From an uncultured Gammaproteobacteria bacterium (GTDB lineage: Bacteria; Patescibacteriota; Patescibacteriia; UBA9934; GWF2-40-263), in the NCBI GenBank assembly GCA_964360375.1, contig CAYHWG010000001.1, positions 1 to 38,201 of the forward strand: a stretch of DNA of 38,201 nucleotides, written 5' to 3'. The position numbers and the translations under genes are program-made. The notes beneath the pieces are model-generated. The model did no database searches and was not told the origin of the DNA. It saw nothing but the letters and a program-made list of their open reading frames with translations. The first letter of the stretch is position 1; each line of letters opens with the position of its first letter. Below are positions 1 through 8,039 of the stretch, one piece after another.

Positions 1-632
1 GGCTGAAACTTTCTGATTACTGCACGGACAACTCCTTGGATGATGCAGTCTTGAACGTAGATTGGATCCATAGTTTTATTTGCGGGCTGAAGACGAATAC
101 GAGATGGTTCTCGATAAAATCGTTTGAGCGTTGCAAAGGCGTTATCAAGAAGAGCAACAACGACTTCTCCGTTTTTTGGTGAGGGATTTCTTTCGATGAC
201 CACGAAATCGCCATCCAAAATTCCATCATCAATCATGGATTGTCCTTTAATTTTGAGAACATACGAGTTTGCCCCATCGAGAACAAAACTCGCAGGAATA
301 GCCATCGTTTCATTATCCATGACAGCCTCAATAGGTTGACCGGCGGCGATGAGTCCCATCATGGGCAAATTTATAACATCTGCCGAGAGTCTGAAGCCTT
401 TATGGATTGGTTCCGCTTGCGGCATGATCTCGATTGACCGCGCCTCGCCTTCATCTCCAATGCGGATCATGTCTTTATCGACAAGGCTTTGAATGTGGCC
501 ATGCACTGTTGCGGGGGAAGAGAGCTTAAAGTATTCTCCGATTTCTCGGTAGGAAGGTGCGTATCCGTTGTTTTTGATATGGTCTTTAATGTATTCCAGA
601 ATCTCGTTTTGTTTTTTGGTTAGATTGGACAT
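1..632 (-). CDS. lexA: LexA repressor (S24 peptidase); C-terminal end runs off the left edge of the window
   Basis: Hand translation of the minus strand from ATG at 632-630 gives MSNLTKKQNEILEYIKDHIKNNGYAPSYREIGEYF...GQSMIDDGILDGDFVV...ATLKRFY...GVVRAVIRKFQ. It has a winged-helix N-terminus plus the Ser (GQSM) and Lys (LKRF) autocleavage dyad. It is absent from the ORF track because no stop lies in the window. Confidence 0.85.
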   Translation of the reverse strand, partial: MSNLTKKQNEILEYIKDHIKNNGYAPSYREIGEYFKLSSPATVHGHIQSLVDKDMIRIGDEGEARSIEIMPQAEPIHKGFRLSADVINLPMMGLIAAGQPIEAVMDNETMAIPASFVLDGANSYVLKIKGQSMIDDGILDGDFVVIERNPSPKNGEVVVALLDNAFATLKRFYREPSRIRLQPANKTMDPIYVQDCIIQGVVRAVIRKFQ

Positions 633-649
633 AGGACTGTTTATTGGCT

Positions 650-685
650 GAGCCTGTCGAAGCCTCTGTGCACCTCGACAGGCTC
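650..685. repeat. 11-bp-stem hairpin gagcctgtcga / tcgacaggctc in the lexA 5-prime untranslated region
   Basis: Perfect inverted repeat 650-660 / 675-685 with a 14-nt loop, read directly. Confidence 0.6.
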
Positions 686-697
686 GGTGAATAATGT

Positions 698-743
698 GTT
701 CGCTTCATGTTCGTATTCTAAACCGAACAAAAAGCGAACACAA
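698..743 (-). promoter_or_regulatory. Putative lexA promoter overlapped by two GTTC-N7-GTTC direct-repeat boxes (candidate SOS operators)
   Basis: The plus strand reads GTTCgcttcatGTTC (698-712) and GAACaaaaagcGAAC (725-739), mutually inverted. On the minus strand, -10 TAGAAT is the complement of 715-720 and -35 TTGTGT is the complement of 738-743, with a 17-nt spacer. Confidence 0.45.
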
Positions 744-763
744 GAGGGAGGGTGTGGATAACC

Positions 764-791
764 TTGACAAAAATGGTTTTTATGTTAAATT
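764..791 (+). promoter_or_regulatory. Candidate sigma70-type promoter divergent from lexA
   Basis: TTGACA (764-769), 16-nt spacer, TAAATT (786-791). Confidence 0.35.
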
Positions 792-912
792 ACGATGTCT
801 TTTGGGAATGAGAATGGTCTTATTTTCCAAAAACACCAACCTTCGCATAAAGCTTCGGTTGGTAAACTTGTGAATAGTGGTTCACACACGTTTTTATGAA
901 GGAGTAAAAGAA

Positions 913-1137
913 ATGGATAAAGAGAGCGGAAAGTGTCATGTCTGCGGAGGATCAGGCCAACAATATGTGCATTCAAGACTGACTTCCGAGTATGAGAACT
1001 GTGAAGTGTGCAAAGGGACAGGAAACTGCACCCGATGTGATGGTATGGGGACCAAGGACGAGGAGGATGGTGGCTGCTGGTACTGTCTCGGATCAAAAGA
1101 CTTTCCGAATGCAACATGCACTTCTCGGCAGCGTTAG
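913..1137 (+). CDS. Small DnaJ-type zinc-finger protein (four CxxCxGxG-like repeats)
   Basis: CHVCGGSG, CEVCKGTG, CTRCDGMG and CWYCLGSK. Start trimmed to ATG 913, preceded by AAGGAG 8 nt upstream. Confidence 0.6.
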   Translation: MDKESGKCHVCGGSGQQYVHSRLTSEYENCEVCKGTGNCTRCDGMGTKDEEDGGCWYCLGSKDFPNATCTSRQR

Positions 1138-1200
1138 GCACATACATGTAGTGCCAGAGTATGGGTTCAACTCGCGCTGTGCGTGGGGAATGATTTTCTA

Positions 1201-1230
1201 CCGTATCATCGACAAGATGTACGGTTTTTT
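1201..1230 (+). terminator. Rho-independent terminator-like hairpin
   Basis: ccgta-(14 nt)-tacgg followed by T6. Confidence 0.45.
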
Positions 1231-1335
1231 GTTCCATTTTTTGCCTCTGTTCACCTTTGTTCACTTTTGATATCCTTTTTGTCTCGAGGAGATCCTTCGG
1301 TCGTGGAACTCCCTCAGGATGACGCGTGAAAATAT

Positions 1336-2406
1336 ATGCGCAAAACTGTTGAATCAATGCTTCAAGGACAGCCCGATAAAGTCTGCGATCAGATCGCGGA
1401 CGCTATTGTGGATGAGTATTTACGTCGTGACAAAGAAGCCCATGTGGATGTGAATGTAATGGGTTCGCACGGGATGCTTATGATTGGCGGCGAGGTGAGC
1501 TCGACCGCGGATTTTGATGTGGGAGCGATTGCAAAAAAAGTGTATACGGACATTGGATACACGGATGACATCGAAGTGTTTGTGAATATTGAGGATCAAT
1601 CGACCGAAATGAAACGATCGCCTCATGGTGTGCAAGATACGGTTGTCGTGAATGGATACGCAACAAACGAAACGCGAGAGCGTCTTCCTCGTCCACTTGT
1701 GTTTGCACACAATCTCGCGCGTCGCATCGATGATCTTCGTAAAACAGATCCTGCGTTTTCTTGGCTTCGACCGGACGGAAAAATTCAATTGATTATGGAA
1801 AAAGATCAGGTGCATGCGGTGACGATTTTGGTTTCGCATGACAAAAATATGAAAGAGAAGGATGTGAAAACAGCCTTATTGGAGCGGGTTGTTGTTCCGA
1901 TTCTTGGTGAAGGAATTCAAATCTACATTAATCCGATCGGTTCATTTACGGATGTGTGTTTTCGTGCGGATTCGGGTGTCAGCGGACATAAAACGCATGT
2001 GGATTTGTATGGTGGGTTGATTCCACACGGTGATGGTGGGCTTTCTGGGAAAGATCCAATGCGTGTTGAACGCGCTGGTTCCTACATGGCGAGACTTGCG
2101 GCTCGATCACTCATTGAGCAAGGACTCGTTTCTGCCGCGCTTGTGAATGTCGTTTACACGCTCGGTCGCATTGATCCGATTCATGTGCATGTTGTCGGTA
2201 TGGGTGAAAAATCGCGAGGAACCAAAACATCCGGCGGAGCCGGATCCGGCTTCGCCGGAGATCTCACTCACACGATCAATCGACAATTTGATTTTCGTCC
2301 TGAGGCTATTGTTGAACGATTGGATTTGTTGAAACCCATTTATCAACCAACGGCTGTGTATGGCCACGTCGGCCGAGAAGAATTCCCATGGGAGAGACCT
2401 CTGTAA
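1336..2406 (+). CDS. metK: S-adenosylmethionine synthetase
   Basis: N-terminal GQPDKVCDQIADAIVDE (GHPDK motif variant) and C-terminal PIYQPTAVYGHVGREEFPWE. Carries a 10-aa in-frame palindrome insertion (see repeat 2230-2259). Confidence 0.85.
   Translation: MRKTVESMLQGQPDKVCDQIADAIVDEYLRRDKEAHVDVNVMGSHGMLMIGGEVSSTADFDVGAIAKKVYTDIGYTDDIEVFVNIEDQSTEMKRSPHGVQDTVVVNGYATNETRERLPRPLVFAHNLARRIDDLRKTDPAFSWLRPDGKIQLIMEKDQVHAVTILVSHDKNMKEKDVKTALLERVVVPILGEGIQIYINPIGSFTDVCFRADSGVSGHKTHVDLYGGLIPHGDGGLSGKDPMRVERAGSYMARLAARSLIEQGLVSAALVNVVYTLGRIDPIHVHVVGMGEKSRGTKTSGGAGSGFAGDLTHTINRQFDFRPEAIVERLDLLKPIYQPTAVYGHVGREEFPWERPL
2230..2259. repeat. 30-nt near-palindrome tccggcggagccggatccggcttcgccgga, in frame inside metK ([10 protein letters not shown])
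   Basis: Identical 30-mer also at 38161-38190 inside glyQS, in the same reading frame. Confidence 0.85.
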
Positions 2407-2442
2407 AAGCGCATCTTTTCGTTTCACAGGCGCCCCCGCCTA

Positions 2443-2477
2443 CCGCCTGCCTGCCGGTAGGCAGGGCAGGCAGGCGT
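2443..2477. repeat. GC-rich palindrome (gcctgcctgccggtaggcagggcaggcaggc) just after the metK stop
   Basis: Same cctgcctgccggcaggcagg core occurs twice inside the repeat at 34870-35038. Confidence 0.7.
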
Positions 2478-2522
2478 CGACCACACGGAAGCGTATATAA
2501 TCTACCTCTCTATACATTTTTT

Positions 2523-2551
2523 TTGCACGTTATTTGCTGGTCTGGTATACT
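2523..2551 (+). promoter_or_regulatory. Candidate promoter
   Basis: TTGCAC, 17 nt, TATACT. Confidence 0.4.
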
Positions 2552-2594
2552 TACAAAAAAATTAATTACCCTTTCTCAGGGAGGAGAGAAAAAT

Positions 2595-2978
2595 ATGTCC
2601 ATTAAAACAAAAGCAAGATTAAAGGTTGCGGCCACAGCAAAACCTGTTTTGGCACGACCGATTGTTCAAAAGGTGCAGGTACGAAAACAAAAACCATCCG
2701 TAAAATCTCGTGCAATAAAAGGTTCTTCAAAGCCAAAACCAGAGGTGATTTTGATCAATGAAATGATCGAAGATTCTCGTACTCCGTTGAATTTACCTGA
2801 CGAGATTAGTAAAGAATACATCGTCGTTCATCGTTGCGGAAATTGTTCGCATCTACCAATGTCTACAGATAAACTGATCACCATTTTTTCTGTTCTCGTT
2901 GCTCTTTTGACGGTTTCCGTGTTAATACAAGTCGGTCAATTAGACGTGAATCGTATTCTTGATCTTGTTAGATTTTAG
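2595..2978 (+). CDS. Hypothetical Lys-rich protein with C-terminal TM helix
   Basis: Start trimmed to ATG 2595 behind GGAGGAGA. C-terminal ITIFSVLVALLTVSVLI is hydrophobic. Confidence 0.5.
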   Translation: MSIKTKARLKVAATAKPVLARPIVQKVQVRKQKPSVKSRAIKGSSKPKPEVILINEMIEDSRTPLNLPDEISKEYIVVHRCGNCSHLPMSTDKLITIFSVLVALLTVSVLIQVGQLDVNRILDLVRF

Positions 2979-3015
2979 ATGTAGGTTTTATCTCATGTTA
3001 TTATTCGAATAGGTT

Positions 3016-3690
3016 ATGAAACGAACTTCTATTCTTTTGTCTCTTACATTTTTATTGCTTGTTGGCGCAGGATGTGTTAAATCAAATGAGTCTGATATCA
3101 AATTTAGTTATCCAGATTCTGTTCAAACATCAGCACCCGCTGCGGAAACACCAAAACCGGCAGAAACAACGCAAGCACCGGTTGTGGATCCTAGCGTAAA
3201 AACACCTATGCAAAAAATCGATTGGAAATTTCCAGGTAAATTAGCGGATAAGCAAATTAAACAGAAACAAATTCGCATAAACACAGAAAAAGGGGATATC
3301 GTTTTTGAAGTTTTTTCTGAGACAGCACCGCTTACTGTTTCAAACTTTGTGTATCTTACAGAAGGAAAATACTACGACGGACTCACATTTCATCGTCGTG
3401 AAGAAGGATTTGTCATTCAAGGCGGAGACCCAAGTGGAAACGGAACAGGTGGACCGGGATATAAATTTGAGGATGAGCTCAAAGATAAATACACATACGA
3501 TCGCGGGATTGTTGCGATGGCAAACGCTGGTCCATCAACAAACGGTTCTCAATTTTTCATCATGCTCGGTAACACCCCACTTCCAAAAGCCTATTCCATT
3601 TTTGGTCGCGTGACGTCCGGTATGGATGTTGTTGATAAGATTAAAGTGGGAGATAAGATGGTAAAAGTGACGGTCGAAGACAAGAAATAA
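3016..3690 (+). CDS. Cyclophilin-type peptidyl-prolyl cis-trans isomerase, probable lipoprotein
   Basis: Signal peptide with LLVGAGC lipobox. Cyclophilin motifs FHRREEGFVIQGGDP and MANAGPSTNGSQFFI. Confidence 0.9.
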   Translation: MKRTSILLSLTFLLLVGAGCVKSNESDIKFSYPDSVQTSAPAAETPKPAETTQAPVVDPSVKTPMQKIDWKFPGKLADKQIKQKQIRINTEKGDIVFEVFSETAPLTVSNFVYLTEGKYYDGLTFHRREEGFVIQGGDPSGNGTGGPGYKFEDELKDKYTYDRGIVAMANAGPSTNGSQFFIMLGNTPLPKAYSIFGRVTSGMDVVDKIKVGDKMVKVTVEDKK

Positions 3691-3713
3691 AAAAGAGCAT
3701 AAAATGATGGCAT

Positions 3714-4907
3714 GTGTTGCCATCATTTTTGATTTCAAAAAATTTTTTTGTTGTGGCGGCCGTGATTGTTGTGTTTGCAAGTTTGTTGATTTTATCTATT
3801 GAGATGATGCGATCGAATCGTGTGTATAAGGTGCAAACAGATTCTTTCAGAGATCCTTTTGTTTTCGCATTTTCTCAAGATGACAAAGAGGACAAGTCTC
3901 TGTCGATGGTTTTTCCTCGCAAGGATGTGCAACACATCCCACTTCCGGACGAGGTCCGTGGAATTTATTGGACAGCGATGACAGCAGCGGGGAAACGTGG
4001 AGATGCATTGATCGATTACATGCAAAAGACAGGACTCAATACGGTGGTGATCGATTTGAAAATGGATAATGGCGAACTTGCATTTGTTCCAAATGACGTG
4101 AGTTTATCGCTGTACGCGCAAAACAAGCCTGTGATTCAGGATCTTGATGATCTTCTGAATAAGCTTGCAGATCATCAAATTTATCGTATCGCACGTATTG
4201 CCGTGATGCGTGACAGTACGTTTGCGCGCGCGAAACCGGATGCTGCACTGCAATCGATCAATGGCGGTTTGTGGCAAGACAAAACTCATGCGATGTGGCT
4301 TGATCCGGCGTCGCTTGAAGTATCCACCTATGCGATTTCGCTTGCTCGTGAAGCTTATGCACGCGGGTTTGATGAGATTCAGTTTGATTATGTACGATTC
4401 GCCTCAGACGGAAAAATCGGTTTGATTCGCTATCCGGTTTATGACGAAAAAGAATCGAAATTGCTCACCATGAAAAATTTCTTCTCCGCCGTGGGAGATC
4501 CTCTGCGAGCGGAGGGTATTCCGATTTCGTTTGATGTGTTCGGACTCATTTGTATGACAAACGATGGTCTTGGCATCGGTCAGCGACTTTTAGATGTTCT
4601 TTCGACGGCAGATTTTGTTTCGCCGATGATCTATCCTTCACACTTTGCAAATGGATTTCAAGGATTCAAAAATCCTGCACAGTATCCGTATGAGGTAGTG
4701 AAGATTTCGCTTGATCATGCGATCTTGCAATCCGGCACATCCACAAAAAAACAATACCGCCCATGGATTCAGGATTTTGATATCGGGGCGATCTACACCG
4801 CGGAAAAAATTGAAGCGCAAATCAAAGCCGTACGCGATGCGGGGGCAAGCGGTTTTTTAATTTGGAACGCGAGGAATGTTTACGAACCGTCGCAGTATGT
4901 TGAATAA
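3714..4907 (+). CDS. Putative glycoside-hydrolase-like TIM-barrel protein (DUF4015-like), N-terminal TM anchor
   Basis: RGIYWTA...NTVVIDLKMDNG...YRIARIAVMRD...GFDEIQFDYVRF pattern recalled for this family. Not verified by search. Confidence 0.55.
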   Translation: MLPSFLISKNFFVVAAVIVVFASLLILSIEMMRSNRVYKVQTDSFRDPFVFAFSQDDKEDKSLSMVFPRKDVQHIPLPDEVRGIYWTAMTAAGKRGDALIDYMQKTGLNTVVIDLKMDNGELAFVPNDVSLSLYAQNKPVIQDLDDLLNKLADHQIYRIARIAVMRDSTFARAKPDAALQSINGGLWQDKTHAMWLDPASLEVSTYAISLAREAYARGFDEIQFDYVRFASDGKIGLIRYPVYDEKESKLLTMKNFFSAVGDPLRAEGIPISFDVFGLICMTNDGLGIGQRLLDVLSTADFVSPMIYPSHFANGFQGFKNPAQYPYEVVKISLDHAILQSGTSTKKQYRPWIQDFDIGAIYTAEKIEAQIKAVRDAGASGFLIWNARNVYEPSQYVE

Positions 4908-4953
4908 AAAACTCACGAACGAGTCGTGAGAAGAGCTGTACATCGTTTGAATT

Positions 4954-5460
4954 CTACGCAAGGCGTAGAGTTTTCTTGAGATTTTTGCCCGTACATTTTG
5001 CGTAGTTCATCCAGGTTTTACACTGCGTGTTTTTACACAATTCTTTTTCCGCAGCAACAACATCGCCGCACGCACACGTCCATGTGGTGTGTGGTTGCCG
5101 GTTGTGGATGTCTTTGTGTAAAATATTACGCTGCTGATTTCGTCGAATCCACCATGAGATGAGATCAAACAATTCTTCAAAATCGGCATCGATTCCAAGG
5201 AGATGCAGTTCAAACGGATGCTGATCGACGAGTGTAGAGATTGGACGATGGCTGTGAAAGTCCAGTGTCTGAATGTGGCGCTGTAAAAGAGCGAGAAGGA
5301 TCGGTTTCAACACCTGCCGCAATCGATTCGGCAGATCTTGAAACGTGAGCACAAGTCCATTAGAAGTTTGGAAATGTGTCCATAGATGATCATAGACATC
5401 AAGCGTGATCAATAAACAGACAGAGTTTTCATTGAACTTTTCAGGATCGTTTTCGTGCAT
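4954..5460 (-). CDS. Hypothetical protein with C-terminal Cys cluster
   Basis: 168-aa ORF. A hairpin ctcacga/tcgtgag (4912-4930) with a T-run on the minus strand lies downstream. Confidence 0.5.
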   Translation of the reverse strand: MHENDPEKFNENSVCLLITLDVYDHLWTHFQTSNGLVLTFQDLPNRLRQVLKPILLALLQRHIQTLDFHSHRPISTLVDQHPFELHLLGIDADFEELFDLISWWIRRNQQRNILHKDIHNRQPHTTWTCACGDVVAAEKELCKNTQCKTWMNYAKCTGKNLKKTLRLA

Positions 5461-5535
5461 GAATCCTCCATGAGACTTTTTTCAGCATAACAGACTCATA
5501 CGGAAAATGGTATACTGGGAAAAATAATATTCTTT

Positions 5536-6933
5536 ATGTTCCACAAAATTACGGAGAAAACATTTTATCAATACATTAAATGTCCAAATTGGGTGTATTT
5601 TGATTTGCACGAACAGGAGTCTCGGCCGCATCATCCGCTCATGGAGAAACTGATCGACGATGGCATGATTGACGCAAAGCAGCGAGAGGTCATCTCAGAT
5701 CGTGTGGATGTTGGGGAGGTAACCGCGGAAGATCCGGATGAAGCGTTCAGACAAACGCTTGGTTTTATGCGTGAGGGGAAGCAAACCATTTATCACGGGA
5801 CCCTTGTCGATCGTCATTGGGTCGGTCATCCGGATTTACTCGAGAAGGTTGAAGGGAGATCCAATTTGGGAAATTATTATTATGTCGCGGCGGATATTAA
5901 GCGTTCACGTTTTTTACGCGATGAATTTAAATTTCAAGGATGTTTTTATGCGGAGTTGCTTGAGCGTGTGCAGGGAGTGCGTCCTGTGATGGGATACACC
6001 ATCTCTCCGGATAAAGAAATTTTTTCGTATCTCATTGAGGAGTTTGGAGCGCATTTTCATTTGACGCTCTCCGAGATTGAAAAAATTGTTGCTGGACAAA
6101 AACCTGTCCATTTTGTGACAACGGGTTGCAAACAATCGCCGTGGTTTGCAAAATGTAAAAATCAATCGGACGCATGCGACGATCTGTCTTTATTGAATCG
6201 TGTGTGGCGTGAGGAAGTTTCCATGCTAGAAAAATCAAACATCAAAACGATTTCGGAACTCGCACAGACTTCGCTTTCGCAACTAGAACGAATCGTTCCT
6301 CACATGAATGGGACGCGTCTTGAAATTATGCACGATCAAGCGATCGCGATAAAAAAGGGAACACACATCATCCGAAAGTCAGTAAAATTGTTTGACGATA
6401 GTATTGAACTGTACTTTGATATTGAGAGCGATCCTCTTCGTGATTTCGATTATTTATTTGGAGTGCTTAAAATCGAAAATGGAGAAGAGAGCTATCATCC
6501 ATTTGTTGCGGAATCGCCGGTCATGGAATCAAAGATGTGGATGGAGTTTTGTGATTTTATCACACAGTACATGGATGCACCGCTGTATCATTACGGCTCA
6601 TTTGAAAAAGAAGTTGTGAATCGATTTTCTGCAAAGTACGGAGTTTCCTCGATCGTCGCCGATGCGTTTGATCGCAACATGATTGATATTTTGGAGCTCG
6701 TACGTCCCGCCATTATTTTTCCACTCTCCTTTTACTCCCTCAAAGATATCGCAAGTTATATCGGGTTTCATTGGCGTGCAGAAGACGCGTCTGGAGCAAA
6801 CTCCGTTTTGTGGTTTGAGGAATGGCTCACGTCAAAAAGTCCAACGTTGATGCAAAAAATTACCGAATACAACGAAGATGATGTTCGCGCCACATGGAAG
6901 TTAAAACAGTGGCTCAGAATCAATGCGACGTAA
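5536..6933 (+). CDS. RecB-family (TM0106-type) putative nuclease: PD-(D/E)xK/Cas4-like N-terminus plus RNase H-like C-terminus
   Basis: N-terminal YQYIKCPNWVYFD..., central cysteines, C-terminal YFDIESDP...YHYGSFE...YNEDDV exonuclease-like motifs. Confidence 0.65.
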   Translation: MFHKITEKTFYQYIKCPNWVYFDLHEQESRPHHPLMEKLIDDGMIDAKQREVISDRVDVGEVTAEDPDEAFRQTLGFMREGKQTIYHGTLVDRHWVGHPDLLEKVEGRSNLGNYYYVAADIKRSRFLRDEFKFQGCFYAELLERVQGVRPVMGYTISPDKEIFSYLIEEFGAHFHLTLSEIEKIVAGQKPVHFVTTGCKQSPWFAKCKNQSDACDDLSLLNRVWREEVSMLEKSNIKTISELAQTSLSQLERIVPHMNGTRLEIMHDQAIAIKKGTHIIRKSVKLFDDSIELYFDIESDPLRDFDYLFGVLKIENGEESYHPFVAESPVMESKMWMEFCDFITQYMDAPLYHYGSFEKEVVNRFSAKYGVSSIVADAFDRNMIDILELVRPAIIFPLSFYSLKDIASYIGFHWRAEDASGANSVLWFEEWLTSKSPTLMQKITEYNEDDVRATWKLKQWLRINAT

Positions 6934-6936
6934 GTT

Positions 6937-7407
6937 ATGGATTATTATCTTGGCGCAGCGCTAGGCGGTCTCATTGCGTTTGGTTATTCCATACCAGCAA
7001 TCGTTTTTGAGTTGATGGAGCGACGGAAATCGGCCGTGGTATCGCCTGTGATCACCGTCAAAACGATTTTCGGATATAACCTCAAAAAAGAAGAAGCGTT
7101 TTGGGTAGGTTTGCTTTTGCATATCGTGATTGGGACGTTGTTTGGTTTTGCGTACGTACTCTTTGTCGATCGCGGATGGCTCTTTGTCACCAATCATCCC
7201 TATCAATTTGATTCATTCGTCGTGTTTGGGCTTCTCAGTTGGATTTTTGTCAATGTGACTATTTATCCTCTCCTTCGCATGGGTTTTTTTGGTCGCCGTG
7301 AAGGCACACATATTTGGATGGAAACGCTTATCTCGCATTTGCTCCTTGGAGTCACCATGGCCGGATTGGTGCAGTGGTTTCAACCGGTGTTTTTTATGGC
7401 CGCATAA
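6937..7407 (+). CDS. Hypothetical integral membrane protein (about 4 TM)
   Basis: Hydrophobic segments throughout, tightly packed after the preceding gene. Confidence 0.55.
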   Translation: MDYYLGAALGGLIAFGYSIPAIVFELMERRKSAVVSPVITVKTIFGYNLKKEEAFWVGLLLHIVIGTLFGFAYVLFVDRGWLFVTNHPYQFDSFVVFGLLSWIFVNVTIYPLLRMGFFGRREGTHIWMETLISHLLLGVTMAGLVQWFQPVFFMAA

Positions 7408-7566
7408 TTCTAAATTCTTTATGAGTGAAAGTTTTGAGCCCTTGTTTGGTGCGATTGATTTGCATGAGTTGTTGATACAAGAAGTATCTCTCGATTTATT
7501 GTATGAGGCTGAGTGTGCGAAGCGTACGAAAAAATGTGATCTGATAAATTTGTGATCCTATTTCCC

Positions 7567-8036
7567 CGCGTTCTCCTCCCCTTATCGAGGGGAGGGTTAG
7601 GGAGGGGTGTTTTTTAAAGCGGGTATGTTTCCGGTAAAAAATAAAACAGAAATCAAAGAACAACGTCGTTATTTACGTTTGCATGAAACAGGAGCGGAGA
7701 AATTATTATGGAATGCTCTTCGAGGAAAACAGTTGGGGGTTAAATTTCGTCGACAACATAGTGTAGGAAAATACGTTCTTGATTTTTATTGTAGTGAGAA
7801 ACATATTGCAATCGAGGTTGATGGAGCTGTGCATTCTTTATCAGGTGCGAAACAATATGATGCGGGTCGAACAAGATTTGTAAACGATCATGGCATTCGA
7901 GTGTTTCGATTCACAAACGATGAAATTTTTGCAGACCTTGATAAAGTCATTGAGAAAATTGCTTGCCTTATTAACTTACATGCTTCAAAGAACACCCCTC
8001 CCTAACCCTCCCCTCGATGAGGGGAGGAGAAACGCG
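7567..8036 (+). mobile_element. DUF559 endonuclease cassette framed by about 45-bp inverted repeats
   Basis: Left arm is 7567-7611 (cgcgttctcctccccttatcgaggggagggttagggaggggtgtt). The reverse complement of the right arm 7991-8036 is nearly identical (cgcgtttctcctcccctcatcgaggggagggttagggaggggtgtt). Confidence 0.7.
7607..8005 (+). CDS. DUF559 (Vsr-like, very-short-patch-repair-type) endonuclease domain protein
   Basis: LWNALRGKQLGVKFRRQHSVGKYVLDFYC...IAIEVDGAVH...RVFRFTNDE. GTG at 7607, or ATG at 7625 as alternative start. Confidence 0.8.
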   Translation: MFFKAGMFPVKNKTEIKEQRRYLRLHETGAEKLLWNALRGKQLGVKFRRQHSVGKYVLDFYCSEKHIAIEVDGAVHSLSGAKQYDAGRTRFVNDHGIRVFRFTNDEIFADLDKVIEKIACLINLHASKNTPP

Positions 8037-8039
8037 CTT

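Noticed and set aside
1231-1335. Possible SAM riboswitch upstream of metK, and T-box upstream of glyQS (37680-37812)
   Set aside because: Neither region contains the conserved cores I know for SAM-I/II or T-box leaders, and both are too short. The metK upstream region is largely a solo repeat arm.
785-1357. 190-aa minus-strand ORF spanning the zinc-finger gene and the metK upstream region
   Set aside because: It is antisense to a motif-bearing CxxCxGxG gene, crosses a terminator and a repeat arm, and has no recognisable motifs.
7890-8039. N-terminal extensions of track ORFs (xseA 7890; also 2388, 9251, 12169, 12666, 20999, 29156, 34860)
   Set aside because: The extra codons read through repeat arms or the preceding gene. 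Internal ATGs with Shine-Dalgarno sites coincide with the start of recognisable homology, so starts were trimmed.
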